Part shown: positions 39,190 to 53,352 of the stretch, in pieces | Layout of the letters: each line of letters begins with the position of its first letter | Numbering within the stretch: the stretch's first letter is position 1 | Source of the DNA: Callorhinchus milii | Lineage: Eukaryota | Assembly (NCBI RefSeq): GCF_018977255.1 | Contig: NW_024704743.1 | Span: 41,232,001 to 41,296,000 of the forward strand | Length of the DNA: 64,000 nucleotides | Direction: 5' to 3' | Made by a program: the position numbers and the translations under genes | The notes under the pieces: model-generated | Databases searched by the model: none | What the model was told of the DNA's origin: nothing | Seen by the model: only the letters and a program-made list of their open reading frames with translations

Positions 39190-41174
39190 AGAGACTCATG
39201 TACAGTTAATAATCATCATAAATTGGTTGGTTTTAATGTCCTGTTTCCATATCTATGTATGTATTTTGGCTGTTAGTTTTTAGCCCCATAATGGAATTTG
39301 CTCATAGTTCAGACTGACACTCGAGTACTACAAGGGAAGTGCTGCATTGTTGAAGCTGACATTCTATGGTGCATATACTATTCTGTGTTCCTGTCTGCCT
39401 ATTTAAGGATATTGACACACCCCCATAAACAAAGCTTTAGAGAATATGCTCAGACAATAATAACGTAAAGTCTGCTGCTCTTTGTTCTTTCCATTTTTAA
39501 GAAAATAATGGATAAGAACATTTTCAGATTACCACAGAAGACAATCCCATTCCTTTATTTTGTTTGCTAAATATATGATAATTGGTTTAGCTATAGATCT
39601 GCTGGAAACACAAATTGTAGCCTCTTGGATAGAATCTAGAAAAATCAATTGCTTATTGTAACACATGCAATTGATTTTTGCAATTTACACCATACATTTT
39701 ACAAGTGTAGAGCCATGCGTTACATTTTGCTTTAACTAAAAAGCTGTTTCACCAAACATCTACCAGTGAACTTGCAAATCAAGAGACCAAAGCTTGAGTG
39801 GACTCCTGGGTTAGAACTTCAGAAAACTAATTTCACAATTAATACTCAATTTAAAATTTTCCAAAATTCTGCACAATTTAATTCTTCATCATTGGGATGG
39901 GACTTTAATCAAAGGTCCTATGACACATTTGGAAAAGAGAAGGAAGTTTATCACAGTATCCCATCTGACATCCCCCAGTATACAATTCGTCCTTCACTTC
40001 ATGTCTGTTTGTAGGACATGATTGGGTGGAACACGACTGCTGTGTTAACCTACAAATACACAATTGCTATGCTTAAGAGAAAAACTCTGTGAAGTACTTT
40101 GAGTCTTTACGATACACTATATCAAACGCAGGGATTGTTATTTTAAGAAAATAGTTTAATGGGTAATTTGAATAAATTGACACTTCTATTCAGTGACTTT
40201 CTTTTGAATTCCTGAGAATTAATGAATCTCTTGACTTCTTAGGATTTTGCTGTTTATGGATAAGTGGACTCCATCTGGTTTTGTATAACATGCAGAGAAA
40301 TTTGAATGTTGACATTTTAGAAAATGAAGGGAAAGATACTTATCAATTAGTACCTAAGTAATATATTACTGGAGACAAATGATGATTGTCATACTACATT
40401 GTTTATATTGTAATTACATTGGATCACTGATACCCTGGGATGCCACTTGAGTGCTGGAGGAGCTGAGAACAGATTCTTCAAGAAGTCATTTTTTTGCATT
40501 TGACAATTAACCTATCCATTATTGAGCTTTGATTGTTAAGGAAACTAGGATTAATATTGGGCTAATTAAGTGCTGAAGACCCAGTGCAAATCCAACTTGG
40601 TTTACAAATGTCTCGGTTTACCAATCTTTTCTTGTTTGGAGTTCGCCTCTGTGTCTCCTGGAGGTGCTGCATCTGAGTTGGGTCTCGGTTAATTGAGGGA
40701 GGCCAGCTGGAGAGAATAATTCATTTTCTTAAAAAAAACAGCAACTTAAGGATGCACAAGACTGACCAAAACCTTTGCATATCACCTAGCTGGTACTAGA
40801 GTATACAAAAAATGTCATACCCTATTATAAATCTCATATTCCTGAATTTTTTTCCTTAAATAACTAATTCCTTCTTGAGTCAGCACACACAATCTGTCAC
40901 TGTCCTCTCCTTGAAGAGTACATACTCAGTGTCTTTGTAACGATTACAACATAGTCAGTAACTACACTCTATATTATAACCTACGAATATTACACTAAAG
41001 AGATGTTTTGAGATGTTTTAATGACATGAAAGATGCAATGTCAAATGTATTGATTATGTATTTGTTCATTTGTTTACTAGTAATTGAATCCAAGGTTGAA
41101 TCGAACTCTAACCCACCACCAACAATACATTTAAGATTTTTTTTAGATTGTGTTCTATGTTTATATTATGTCCT

Positions 41175-41441
41175 TCACATGAGACATTAAATGGAGGTCC
41201 CATCTGCCTGTTCAAGAAGACATTAAAGTAAACTGAGTTTAATCCCCATATGCTGGCCAACAATCCCCAAATAAAAACGATTGTTCACTTCAGGATTGTT
41301 TGTGGGATATTGCTATGTGAAAATTGGCTGCTCTGTTCATGTAAAAAATACAGTTATTACACTTTACAGTATATCCAGTGCAGCACTTTGAGATGTCCTC
41401 CTGACATGAAAGGCACCATAATAAATGGAAGGATTATTATA
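41175..41441 (+). mobile_element. 5'-truncated Deu-domain SINE
   Basis: Deu body and ggattattat tail. Confidence 0.75.
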
Positions 41442-43589
41442 ATTTCTCTTCTTCATTGCGAAATTCCCTTTAGTTAAACTAGGCCATTTCCTTCTAGATT
41501 TGATTTCCAGTCATGAACTGTGTGCATTAATTGCAGCTGGAAGTATCTAACTATAGAATTATTCTGGGCAGTCCTTGTAGCTCCCTCTCTCGATATTGAG
41601 ATGGACTGATTGTGACTTGGAATTTCAAACCTTTAGCATTATTTTTCCTGATCCTTTTTCCTGGTTGGCCTCCTGCCTCCTGCTGCGTTGCGTTGGATTT
41701 TTTTCTTCATTGCTTTCTCTTATCTCTGTTATATGATGTCCTCTTGAATTCTGCTTGTCCATGCTGTTGATGCGTAACTAGGTTTGAAGATTGACACCCT
41801 GGTCCACTGACAGTTTGTTTATTTGTTAGTTGCTTTATTTAAAAAAAGTAAAAGTTCAAAGATATCTGGAGAACATTTCCCTATTTATTAAGCACCAAAG
41901 CTACTTGAATGGCTTTGAAGCTTAATGCTCAGATGCAGATTTTGGAACTGATTGTTTGTGTAATTATCAGAAACATCCAATTAGACTGAATGATGTGGCA
42001 ATTGAGAGTGAAAACATTTTATAATGAGACAGTCCATCTGTTTATTTAGAAACATGCCCCGAGTGAACTTCACTGTGATTCAATGATTCAATATTGTTGC
42101 AGATGAATACATTAGAATTGCTTCTGAGGTGGAAGAAGCCAATCCTTAATAATGAATCTTGAACCAAGTTCCAAAAACAACGTGACCTGAATTAATCCAA
42201 AGCGAGCTAACTTACTAAACATTGGAATAGTGAAAACTCTAGATTGTAGAATGTGGCTATTCATGATCTTGTCCAACAAATAGGGTACAATGTATAGGTG
42301 AAGGGACTATAGTTCTGTACTATAGAACTATGCAAGGGTTGTCGTGTAAGCGACTAATAGTTTATGACTGTAGCACAAAATGATGAAATTCAGGATACTA
42401 AAATGTCTTATTTTTGTTGCTGTAGAATTCGCATGAGGGGAATGATGGTAATTCCTGAGAAGAGAGGGACTTGCACAAATCTATCCCCAACAGTCCGTTA
42501 AGAAATTAACTTTGCACCATGTGGTAATATGTCCATCTGATCCAAATTCCATCAGATTATAGCCTTCCATTTGATTTGACTATGAAGATCCAACTTTCAG
42601 AAGTTGAATCCAATGATTCCTCATCACCAGACTATTAAAACCCTTGACAAAAAGTGTCTTTCTTGCGAACAGCACATAGATTTTGTGTCCAACATATAAC
42701 CTATTTTACTGGAGCAAAATTAAACAAAATTGGTATTTTACATTCTGTACCATTGTATTCAAGTACAACAAAGCTGCCCAACTTGCAATGGAGGTGGGAT
42801 AATTTCTAATAACACATAAGAAAAGGTATTACAATTGTTCAATTTTTAAATCAAATTGAAAAGCAACATTACTATTCATCAATGTTTCATTTCTATGAAA
42901 ATTATAATTAATTCGCTGATTTAAGTCAGCGCTTTTTTTAAAAAACTACATTCAGAAATGCTGTGATCTGGGAGACTTTTGCTGATTTTACCATGATCAG
43001 ATTTTGAGGTCAAGAATAATTCCTTTGTATTCATACATAGTCAGTCCCACAGCAGCTTGAAATAAGTCCTTGCCCATTGATGAGGTGCACATAGAAATAC
43101 CATCCACATTTTATAGCATCACTATTTTCCCAAATCCGCTCTCAATGTAATTTCATATATATGCATGAATTTCAGTCAATTCAAACAATCTCAATCATGA
43201 AAGTTTATTTTATGCAAGCACAGTACAATTTATTCATAAATTAACAGGAAGAGAGAACATTCACAAATATCTGGATCGATTTAGCACAGAGGCTAAGGAG
43301 TGTTGGATGAATTTTAATGTAGGTGATTGCACGGTATTTATGTACATGCTGAAACTGCAAACACGTGTACTTGAAGAATCTCTGTTAGCAGGAAGTGAAG
43401 AAACAGCTTAAGTGTGATTATTGATCATTCACTTGATATGTTTAGCCAGTAACTTCTTTTGAACAAAGATGATCAAATATTAGAATATATCTTAGGGGCA
43501 TTTGACAATAATTTACTAGGATATATTCTGTGCTATAAGTTGACTTGTGAGGCAAAATTTATAATATTGCGTTCTAATATTCAGTATTT

Positions 43590-44125
43590 TGCCCGTTCAG
43601 ATGAGCACTAAAGTTCCCATGGCACTAATGGAAAAGAGAAGGGATGTTTCTCCAAGTGATCTAGCCAGCAATCCTACCAAATAAAGCTGGTGATTCACTT
43701 CATGGCTGTTTATGGGGCATTGTTTTGTGCAAATTGGCTGGCATATTCACCCACAAAACATACAATCATTATACTTTACAGTATACCATGTGAAGCACTT
43801 TGAGACATACCCCTGACCTGAAAGGAGCTAAACCAAATATAAGGATTTCATCCCCTCTGCTCCTTCATTGGTGGCCAAGCTTTCTGCCACTATGTCCTGA
43901 AGCTTCAGGACTCTCTGCCTGAATCCCTCTGCCTTGTGCTCTCTTTGCCTATCCTCATATCACTCCTGAAGACCTTCCTCTTCGATTGTGCTGAAATCAC
44001 CACTCTTCTCTCCCTAGCTTTTAGTCAAGCTTCTCCACTTTTAAGCGCTTCGATACTCTACCCCCTAAGGAGTACTATTTAACGCAACTTATTGTTATTT
44101 TACTGCCGTTGAAAGGATTATTATT
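43590..44125 (+). mobile_element. Deu SINE 3' half with an L2 3' fragment (~43850-44100) at its tail
   Basis: gtgcaaattggctg body, then ctgaagaccttcctcttcgattgtgc L2 end. Confidence 0.7.
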
Positions 44126-45379
44126 ATTTATAAATGAAGTTCTCAACATGAAATGTGAATTATTCTATTTCTAATGCTTTAGTAATTCTGTTTAAAATTG
44201 CCATTGTTTTAGACTGAATAGATCAGTTTCTATAAAGCATGGTAAAAATAAAACTATTATCATCCTCAAAGGGTCAAATTTGTAAAATTCATCCAACCTT
44301 CTCTTCGCTCCATGGATTTAAATATAACCATATTAAATCTGCTACCTAGATGGTACAAGACAAGAATTATTACACAATGTTCAAACCAGTGTCAAGAAGA
44401 TGAAGGATAACTCTCACTGCTGGATTGTCACTGGCAACAATATAAAGATGAAAGAACAGAGCAGTGGATAGATCAGAAGATCAAGGGTTGAGTACTTGAC
44501 TCAGAACAAAAAGGCAGTGATTTGAACTTTAAGGATGGAGTGTCAATCACTTGCCTTTTTCAGCATGCTGAGTTTTTTTCAGTCCTGATTCGAGTGGTGA
44601 TAAAGAAAGGAAAATATAAATTGCATGAAGAGTTCACAGGGAAGCTGTTTTTGAGATTTTAACAGTATTTTTGTTACACTGGCTTTCTTTTTTTCTCTGC
44701 TACAAGGAAAGGAAGTGGCATTTCAAAGACGGATTTACAAAGCGTTTAAAATCATACAACCTGAAAAACAAATTGTACTTTTTGTGATGTGAGGAAGTAA
44801 TCTCCAACTTCAAATATTTCATGCTGGAAAGAAATATTTGACACATTTCTGTTTGTTACATGAAACATGATGATTTCATTTTAATGAGATACGGACGATT
44901 GAACTAAATTGTACGTAGACGATTGGAGTAGCAGCAACTTATCTTAAATTCCCAGATAGTTTCAAAGGTACATAAACCACAAAAATAATAACTTCATATC
45001 TTTTTCATCCAGTTTAGTCAATTTGCTCTAATCTCAGTATTGGTGGTAGTGTTTCATCCTGCTCTGACTTTATGATTTTTCACCCATCATGTTCCCCCCA
45101 GCTCTCCCTCTCACACTTACATTCTGCTTCGGCTGTATGATCTCTAAGTGGTCATACTTTATTTTATCCTTACCCTCTGATCTGTCATTGTGCTCTCAGC
45201 CTTCTTCATTCACCCCTCTCTGATTTCTGATCTTGGTCCTAGCTCTCTCTGATGGCGATCTTGGTTCCCCAATCCTGTTGTTAACTATCTGATTTGAATC
45301 TCAGTTATATCCCAATTCTTTCAACTTGAACCTTTCTCTGATCTTTCTGTAGCTGTTCAATCTGTTGAAAGATTTAACA

Positions 45380-45689
45380 CTGATAGACTTGATTCAGATA
45401 TGAAATTACTATTTTTGTAGATTCTGATAATAAAGGGAAAAAATAGAGTTTCAAATGTAAAGGAAACAATCAAAAAAATGGCAAGAGTGACAGATTGTGA
45501 TGAGGATTTGAAAAACTTTATGGGACCATATAGATAAGCAAGCAGGGTGAGCTGACACATGGCAAATGCCGTTTAATGCAAAAACGTTAGGAATTTCTAC
45601 ATTTGGTAGAAAGAATAGGAAGTAAGATAAATCTATGTGAAATGCTAAGATTTAAAAAGGAGCAGTTGGTGTGGAAACACAAAGATAAC
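45380..45689 (+). mobile_element. Degraded CR1 RT fragment
   Basis: gctgacacatggcaaatgccgtttaatgca (ADTWQMPFNA) and catttggtagaaagaat (HFGRKN-like). Confidence 0.7.
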
Positions 45690-45990
45690 ATAATAATAAT
45701 CCTTGCATTTGATATAGTGCTTTTTACATCTTCTAGTTGTCTCAAAGCGCTTCACAGAATATATTATAAAGTGAATTGACTGCATATTTATGGGCAAAAC
45801 GCGACAGCCAATTGCACACAGAAGTGTCCCACAAACAGACGTGGATTGAAATAACCAATTTTATTATTGTTTTTTTCTCTTGAGGGATTATTATCAGGCA
45901 TGTGGAGTAAGGAAACTTGCCCAAGGTATCGTCCTGCCAGGGTCTCTTGCTTGTGAGGTGAGTGCTCTAACCACTGAGCTACAGGACTCC
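45690..45990 (-). mobile_element. CORE-like/Deu SINE, short form
   Basis: Reverse complement begins ggagtcctgtagctcagtggttagagc and ends aatgcaaggattattatta. Confidence 0.9.
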
Positions 45991-46311
45991 TGATACAGAA
46001 CATACTGTAAAGGGAATTGACTGTATATTTTGTGAGCGAAACGGCAGCCAATTGTGCACAGCAGTGTCGCACAAACAGTCGTGGATTGAGAGATCAAATG
46101 ATTATTATTTTATTCTTTTGCCTTTTTTTTAAGGGATCATTACACCTGGAAAGGGAACCAACAATCAAACAACAATATTTCATGCTGGAAAGCTACTGCT
46201 AGGTAAACAGAGGCGTGTGGAGTAAGGAAACTAAGGTTCCCCCACCCCAAGAATCGAACCTGGGTCTCTCGCTTACGAGACAAGTGCTCTAACCACTATG
46301 GTACAGGACTC
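45991..46311 (-). mobile_element. CORE-like/Deu SINE, long form, lacking its 3' tail
   Basis: Head gagtcctgtaccatagtggttagagc, box B ggttcgattc; body stops at ...cagtatgttctgt. Confidence 0.85.
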
Positions 46312-46819
46312 GTTTGTGCTGCTTATGCCGCTGAAGATATTCTGAACCTTGCTACTTCAATCTTTACTGAACAAGCATAAATTCCGTGCAGAAAATACAA
46401 AGGCTGATGAACTCCATTTCAGAGCTGAGTGCTGGCTTGCCAGCAATGTTTATGTGCTGCAAGTGTATTGTTTGTTTTAGCATGAATGACTCTCCAGCTG
46501 CTTTTCAACTATCATTTGAATTTTTAAAGAAACATTTAATATTCTTTTTAACTGTGAACACGGTCAATTGCATCACCAAAAGTATCAGTGCACATCTATG
46601 TTTCCATTCAGGCAAGTAATCTTATCAATTTTTCCCCTCTCTCCTGAAGATGTTGATTCTTTCTGGATATGGTTCATGACTAACAACAGCTCTCTGTTAC
46701 CTCACTCAAGCAGCTATTCTTCGGAACAGTCGATGTTGGCAAGACAGACTGTCGGTTAAAAATCTCACCTGACTTTCATACTTCCTAGTACTAAGATTAA
46801 TACTCTAGTATTAAGATAC

Positions 46820-47230
46820 AAAGGATAAAGATAGATAAGGTCATGAGCAAGCAATTGCAATCTTCGGTTTTGCATTTGGAAGGCACTGAATACACAAGAG
46901 GAAAGTATAACCTTGTACATACACAAACTCCCAGTGAGAGTGTTGTGCAGTTTGTTCGTTCTGATTATGGTAATGATGTAGCACAGGTTTACTCAGGTGT
47001 TACCAGAAATGAATGTTTCCAATTTTGAGAAAAAACTAAAGAAGTTATTTTTTNCCCCCAGATTTGGGGATGTTAGCGGGTGAAGTGACGAAGATCTTCC
47101 AAGATTATGAAAGGTTATGACAGATTAAATAGTAATAGATCATTCCATTGGTTGTTGAGTTTATAACCAGAAAGCACAAATGTAAGCACAATAGAAAGTG
47201 GATTTTAGAAACATTTCCTTACAAAGTGTC
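46820..47230 (+). mobile_element. Degraded CR1 ORF2 C-terminal fragment (contains an N at 47054)
   Basis: gtgcagtttgttc...ttccaagattatgaaaggttatgacaga pattern. Confidence 0.55.
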
Positions 47231-48048
47231 TCAAATCAAAGTCTCATTTAGTTTACATCTTTAATCAGTGCAAATCTGTCTGATTTAGCTCACAGCTTTA
47301 ATCAGTGCAAAACTCTAATAACCACGGGATTCAGTTTTCACTTGAAATCCTCTGGTTTCTTTCCATTAAGAGATAATTATAGAGAACACAACCCTTTGAT
47401 TTTGTAGTCAATCTTATGGTAAAAGACAGTGCAGAAATATATTTGAGACCATTTTTGAAAGAGAAACAAGTGCAGTAGTTTTGGATTAGACACAGGACCT
47501 TCACAAGTGTAACTCTACCTCCACAAATGACTGATTTTACATTTCCTGGCCACCCAGCCACCAGTTCAATATTCTCATTACCTTTTTCAGACCAGGCACT
47601 GTAGAATAAAAATGAATTTAGGTCTAACTTTGTTCTATTTTCTTCTCTCCAGAGACAAAATATGACAAATTTGGCAAACTCTTAAATATAGTTTTAAGTT
47701 TACTTCTGTAATTTCTTTTTAATAACTACAAAAAAATACTTCAAAATGAAGACTGTATTGAATAAGTTGAGAAATTGGGGACACTGGAATACAAAAATGT
47801 TCTTTTTGTTCAGCGTTTGTCTGACACATGCAGAAACCCAACACCATGCTTAAAAATATCCAAACCAAACTGAGAATTCCATATGCCTCATACAAATGTG
47901 GAAATTCCTGAGTAATATAATTGAATGCCATAGAGGGATGTATATGGTTTACCTAATTCTTGCACCTCCAGCTCAGCTCCCAAACAGCTCTGTGAAACAC
48001 TTTGAGACGTCCTTCTGATATAAAAGGTGCTACATAAATACAAATTGA

Positions 48049-48410
48049 GGAGTCCTGTAGCTTAGTGGCTAGAGTGCTCGCCTCACAAGTGAGAGGACCT
48101 GGGTTCGATTACTGGGCAGGGCGAAACAATGTGCAAGTTACCTTACTTCACACACCTCTGTTTACCTAGCAGTAAGTAGAAACCCAGTTGTTAGTCGATT
48201 GGCGGATCGCTTTTCCAGGGCTAATAATCCCTCAAAAAAAATGTGATCACTCAATCCATGACTGTTTGTGGTACACTGCTGTGTGCAATTGGCTGCCGTG
48301 TTTTGCGCACAAATATGTATTCAATTCACTTTACAATACATTCTGTGAAGCGCTTTGAGACGTTTAGAAGACATGAAAAGATGCTATACCAAATGCAAGG
48401 ATTATTATTT
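48049..48410 (+). mobile_element. Full-length CORE-like/Deu SINE, long form
   Basis: ggagtcctgtagcttagtggctagag head, ggttcgatt box B, full body and tail. Confidence 0.9.
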
Positions 48411-49089
48411 TATAGATTATTCTCGTAGTTAAGTTTCAATCTGCCATCAGAATTGATTGGCTCAAGAATTGATTAAGAAGGGAATTTCAGTTGATACGTT
48501 TTGCCCTTTGTTTCCTTACCTGTTATTGTCTGTAAATGCTTTTGAATTCTGCATTCAGTAACTGATTTAATTCTTCACAGTGTGGTTGAAGTGGAATTTC
48601 TCTGCCACAAACCATTGTTAACCTGCAATCCATCATTACTTTAATCAGGGAGATGCTTCGCGAAGAGGAATGAAGGAATGAGGATGTCATCTCGTGTGGA
48701 GTGTGGGATGATATCAGTTGGGGAGTGTGGAGAAAAACACAAGTGTTTTAACAAGTGGAGACCTAATAGGTTGAATTCTTTGTTTCTATATTTTAACATT
48801 TTATGGATGTTGCAGATTTCAAAACACATTACGTATTTTAAATATTTCTAGTAATAATAAAGCTTCAGTACAGAAAATGTGATAAATGTGTCCCTAAAAC
48901 CTTTCCTTCATGATAGCTTTGGTACTGAGCACTCTCAAACCCCCATCCCACTGTCACCCCAACTTCAAAATTCAGTTGCTTTCATCTTTGCTTGTAATAT
49001 CTATTTATTTGAATGTTGGTCGCCGAAAATGATTTTAATTTAAAATTGTTTATTTTACAATTATCTTTTAGACTTCTAAAAATAACTAT

Positions 49090-49510
49090 TAGCCTGGCTA
49101 GGTGGGTAGCACTCTCTCTCCTCTGAGTTAAAAGGTTGTTGGTTGAAGCCTCAATGTCAGTACTTTGAATTTATAGTCTAAGCTGATGCTTCAGTGAAGT
49201 GCTGGAGGTGTGCTGCAATTCTGAAGGTGCTGTCTTTCACATGAAACGTTAAGCAGATTGTTTAGGTGGATGTTAAAGCACCCATAGCCCTATTCAAAAA
49301 GAGAAAGGATTTTCTCCCGATGTCAGCTTAACAATTCCCAAATAAAATCAGTCATTCATTTTATAGCTGTTAGTGGAATTTGCTGTGCACAAATTGCCCG
49401 CCACATTCGCTGACAAAACACACAGTGGTTACACATTACTGAAAATCCTGTGAAATGCCTTGAGATAACCTCCCAATGTGAAAGGTCCTATATTAAATGG
49501 AATAATTATT
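49090..49510 (+). mobile_element. Deu-domain SINE (SacSINE1-like)
   Basis: Colinear with 32271-32700. Confidence 0.8.
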
Positions 49511-49769
49511 TTTACTATCAGACAAAGAAGCACAAAATCTGTGGGTCATTGAAAGACTTCCTTAAACTGCACAGGTTATGAAACAATGCTAACAGACTTA
49601 ATGGATGTTCTTGTCAGTAAGTATGTAGCAAACCATTTCTTTAGTTAATAAGACCTGCAAAGGATGTGGTGTGAACCAATGTCACTTGTTGTTGATAAAT
49701 CAGCATTAAGGAAAAGTGGAGCCCTGCATATGCAAGTACCCTTTTATCTGTGTAGCAATCTACCAGATA

Positions 49770-49930
49770 AAGTTCGTCATTCAATTTATGGTTGTTTGTA
49801 GGACATTGGTGTGCACAAATTGGCTGCTGTATTTGCCTACAAAATATATAGTCATTACATTTTACAGTGAAGTGCTTTGAGACATTCTCCCCAACTGAAA
49901 AGGATTATATCAAATGCAAGGATTATTATA
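49770..49930 (+). mobile_element. Deu SINE 3' fragment
   Basis: gtgcacaaattggctgctg...aatgcaaggattatta. Confidence 0.75.
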
Positions 49931-50804
49931 CATGGAGGTCTGCTCAATAGTGTACATATGTTGGTGAAGTTTTTAATACTGAAGAATCAGTCAATGGGGT
50001 TTTTGGTTCTTCAACAATAATTGTAAATTCAGTTCTCTAGATCTTAAATGTCAATGTATAAAACGCTGGCTTCTCAGTAACTGCAGTTACCTTGCAACCA
50101 GTGAGACCCTGAAGAATTGTGCATGTGCCATCCTTAGGATGGTCGCACCACTTCTGATTCTGAATTGCTCTTTGAATTGGAGTTAAACTAGGCTTTTACA
50201 TCGATTTGATGTAATTTTCATGTTGAATCAATGGAAACACTGTAGAATAATGAGCCTATCTAAGGTGAATCAACTCTGGACTTAACATTAGAACCACAAC
50301 TGGGTTATGCTTTAGGCTGGAGCGTGATCTCTTGTTAAACTCATTTCCCCAGAGGTTGTTGTAAGACCCTTTTACTCTGGTATCAGATTTGTGAAAACAA
50401 TAGAGTTTTAAAGCCTATGATATGGTTTTGAGACGGTTGTACAATCTGTAGAGCAGTAAGGTTGGACAAGTAGTACTTCATATAATCTTTCTAACTCGTT
50501 GTATCCTGGCATGTTATTAGTGATCAAAGCTGCCGAGCTGTAGCTCTGAGATAAAAGTTAAGCAACATCTTAAATTTTATCTTTAATTTGTCCTGCAGGG
50601 TACTGAACACAGTCTTCAAATTAAGTTTGAATTTAAAACAATGATTTTACAGTTATGTCTTCGAGAATTTCCAGGTTCCCAAGCCATGAAATTCCATGTG
50701 GTGTTAACCTTAAGGCCTTAATAGGATATTGCAGTACTGGGAACAATTCTTGAATGCTGTATTAATTTGGAAATTGTTTCTGCTGAATTGTTTCTACTAT
50801 AATA

Positions 50805-50985
50805 TTAGTAATAATCCTTGTATTGGATATAGCACCTTATCGCGTCATTGAGACATCTCAAGAGCTTCACAGAATGTATCTCAAAGTAGATTTGACTATG
50901 TATTTTGTGGGTAAATCTCGGCAGCCAGTTGCACATAGCAATGTTCCACAAACAGTCGTGGAGTGAATGGCCAAATTATTATTTT
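50805..50985 (-). mobile_element. Deu SINE 3' fragment
   Basis: Antisense tail and body. Confidence 0.78.
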
Positions 50986-51660
50986 TTTAGATTTAAGATC
51001 TATCGAAAAACAGGTTTCAGATTGAGACTGATTGAATACAATTCTTCATAGATTTTATAAAGGCAAGATCTGGTAAAATTTCAGAACTTTCAGATGTTTT
51101 GTTGACTTAATGCTGTCTAGAAGCAAGACTGGGAACAAAATGAAACAAATATCCATTAAAGGGTCATTTATTTATAAGGGTAATCACCCTCAGTTCGGTA
51201 TGCAAAGCCCATTGAAATAACTTCTAGAATGTAATATAGGAAGCAAAACTGTGTTTTATGTTTTGTATCATTTCTGAATGCAGCACATACTTGAATAGAA
51301 CAATGTATTGGATTTGTTATTGACCTCTGATACTTTTATTCTTCGGTTATTGTCTCTGACCTGTTGGAGAAAGTAAGCAGACATCTTTGCCTACTTTTCC
51401 CCCTGTTGGATGTTTTGAGGTTGATTAGAAAGTCAGCAGGTAATCTCTGGAATTTGTTACATGTTTTCCATTTGGGCTTCTGAGTAAACAGCTGGAATCA
51501 AATCACATTTTGATACTTTCCACATCATTGTTCTTTTAGCAAGCCAGAACAGTGACTTAGCAAGGAAAGCAGAATGAGAACCAATGCATGAAAATAACAG
51601 TCCTCAGAAATGTTTTATTCACAAGAAACACTTCAGTAAACTCATTTCTATTTATCAATG

Positions 51661-52070
51661 CAGGGTGAAACCTTGGGCAAGTTTCCTTACTCCACACACC
51701 TGATAATAATCCTTCAAGAAAAAAATAATAAATTGGTCATTTCAAGCCACATCTGTTTGTGGGACACTGCTGTGCGCAATTGGCTGCCGCGTTTCACCCA
51801 CAAATATACAGTCAATTCACTTTACAGTCTATTCTGTGAAGCGCTTTGCGACGTCTAGAAGATGAGAAAAGCACTATATCAAATGCAAGGATTATTATTA
51901 TTTTATGCTCAGTTTTATATATAGATCTATATTTTGACAATTTTTTTTACATACCTACCCCATCCACAAAATACACAGTCAATCAAATTTACAGTATAAC
52001 CTGTGAAGCGCTTTGAGATGTCTCAACAATGTGATAAGGCATTATATCAAATGCAAGTATTATTATTATT
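51661..52070 (+). mobile_element. Short-form CORE-like/Deu SINE (5' truncated, to ~51903) followed by a second SINE tail (~51960-52070)
   Basis: ccttgggcaagtttccttactccacacacctgataataatcc; two successive aatgcaag..ttatta tails. Confidence 0.85.
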
Positions 52071-53352
52071 ACTCCTTTGTTCTTGGTTTCAGCTCCTCAT
52101 TTTAAATTGTGCTAAATTTGCTTGGCTTTGGTACTTCAGCTCAGAAGTAATAGCTGGTACAACTGCATACAAACAAAATCTATGAAAAACTGTACAAGTT
52201 GAAAGGCTACAAAGGAATAAAAAATAAAAGGCAACATCCAAGGGACAAAAGAATCTTTATTCTGACAATTTTCCCTACCAATTCTTACTCTTAGAAATAA
52301 AGGAAAATGACCGGTTCTAACATTTGGTGACTTTTAAAAATTAACTAGAAATTTAGAGAGATTCTGCCATCTGCCATGTTTCTTCTAACATTCCAAATCT
52401 GAGCTTATTTTGCGTGAAAATAATCACTCACCATCGAGGAGATGTATATTTAGGAACATTTTCAAGAACAGGAGGCAGAAAACAGCTTCAAATTGCTGGG
52501 TGTGATACAATGAGTCATGGGATGAGTTGTCAAGTCATGAGCAAGTCATGCCAATAGTTAAAAATTAGAACGATGGATCTGAGAAACAAGTTTTTTTCTT
52601 GTTATCAGAAAAAAGTTTTTTTCTCATCAAATATATTCTTTACACATACCATGCACAATCTATACTGTCATGGACTCCACCCCACTGATTTCCTAAACAT
52701 AATCCTAAATAATTTCCTAAATAAAATCAAGAATATTATCAAACCCTTAAGTCTTGCACCCTTATGTCTGCAACTTTCATATACATATTATTTGCATTCC
52801 AGACACAGCACCAAAGAAATCGCAATGCTGATAGAATCCATCAAAAATAGCAGTTTTCACAGTGTATTTATAATGGGAAATGTTATTACAAAGACATAGC
52901 AAATCCTTTGCTAGTTTAGTTATCAGTGTCTGAAAGTGCACTATAATCTTCAATTGCTTTCCCAACCAGCTCTATCTAGTTTCTTTAGAAATAATCAATC
53001 AAGACAATTTTATTTTTTGACAAAAGGCAGCCCCATATATTTACTACTCTGTGGGAGAATGTTGCTTCTAATCTCTAATATTGCTTGAGGTATCTTCATT
53101 TTAACCAATGATTTATTTCCATACCCCGGTCTATGGCAAAAAATATGCTACAACATTTATATTTCTGAGCACCTTCTATCGAACACGCTTGCAGCAATGA
53201 AAGTTATTCCTCCTAAACTCGGGACCTATGTTCTGAAATCATCACTGTTGATACTCTCGTGTCTCATTTGTACTTCTCTGAATATATGCTCTGATTTTTA
53301 TTTCAGACCCTAGTTGTCTTATCCATCCCTTCTTTCTTAATCTTCTTAATCA

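Noticed and set aside
44640..44800. Possible exon after a polypyrimidine tract
   Set aside because: Frames on both strands terminate quickly with unrecognised peptides and cannot be distinguished from chance
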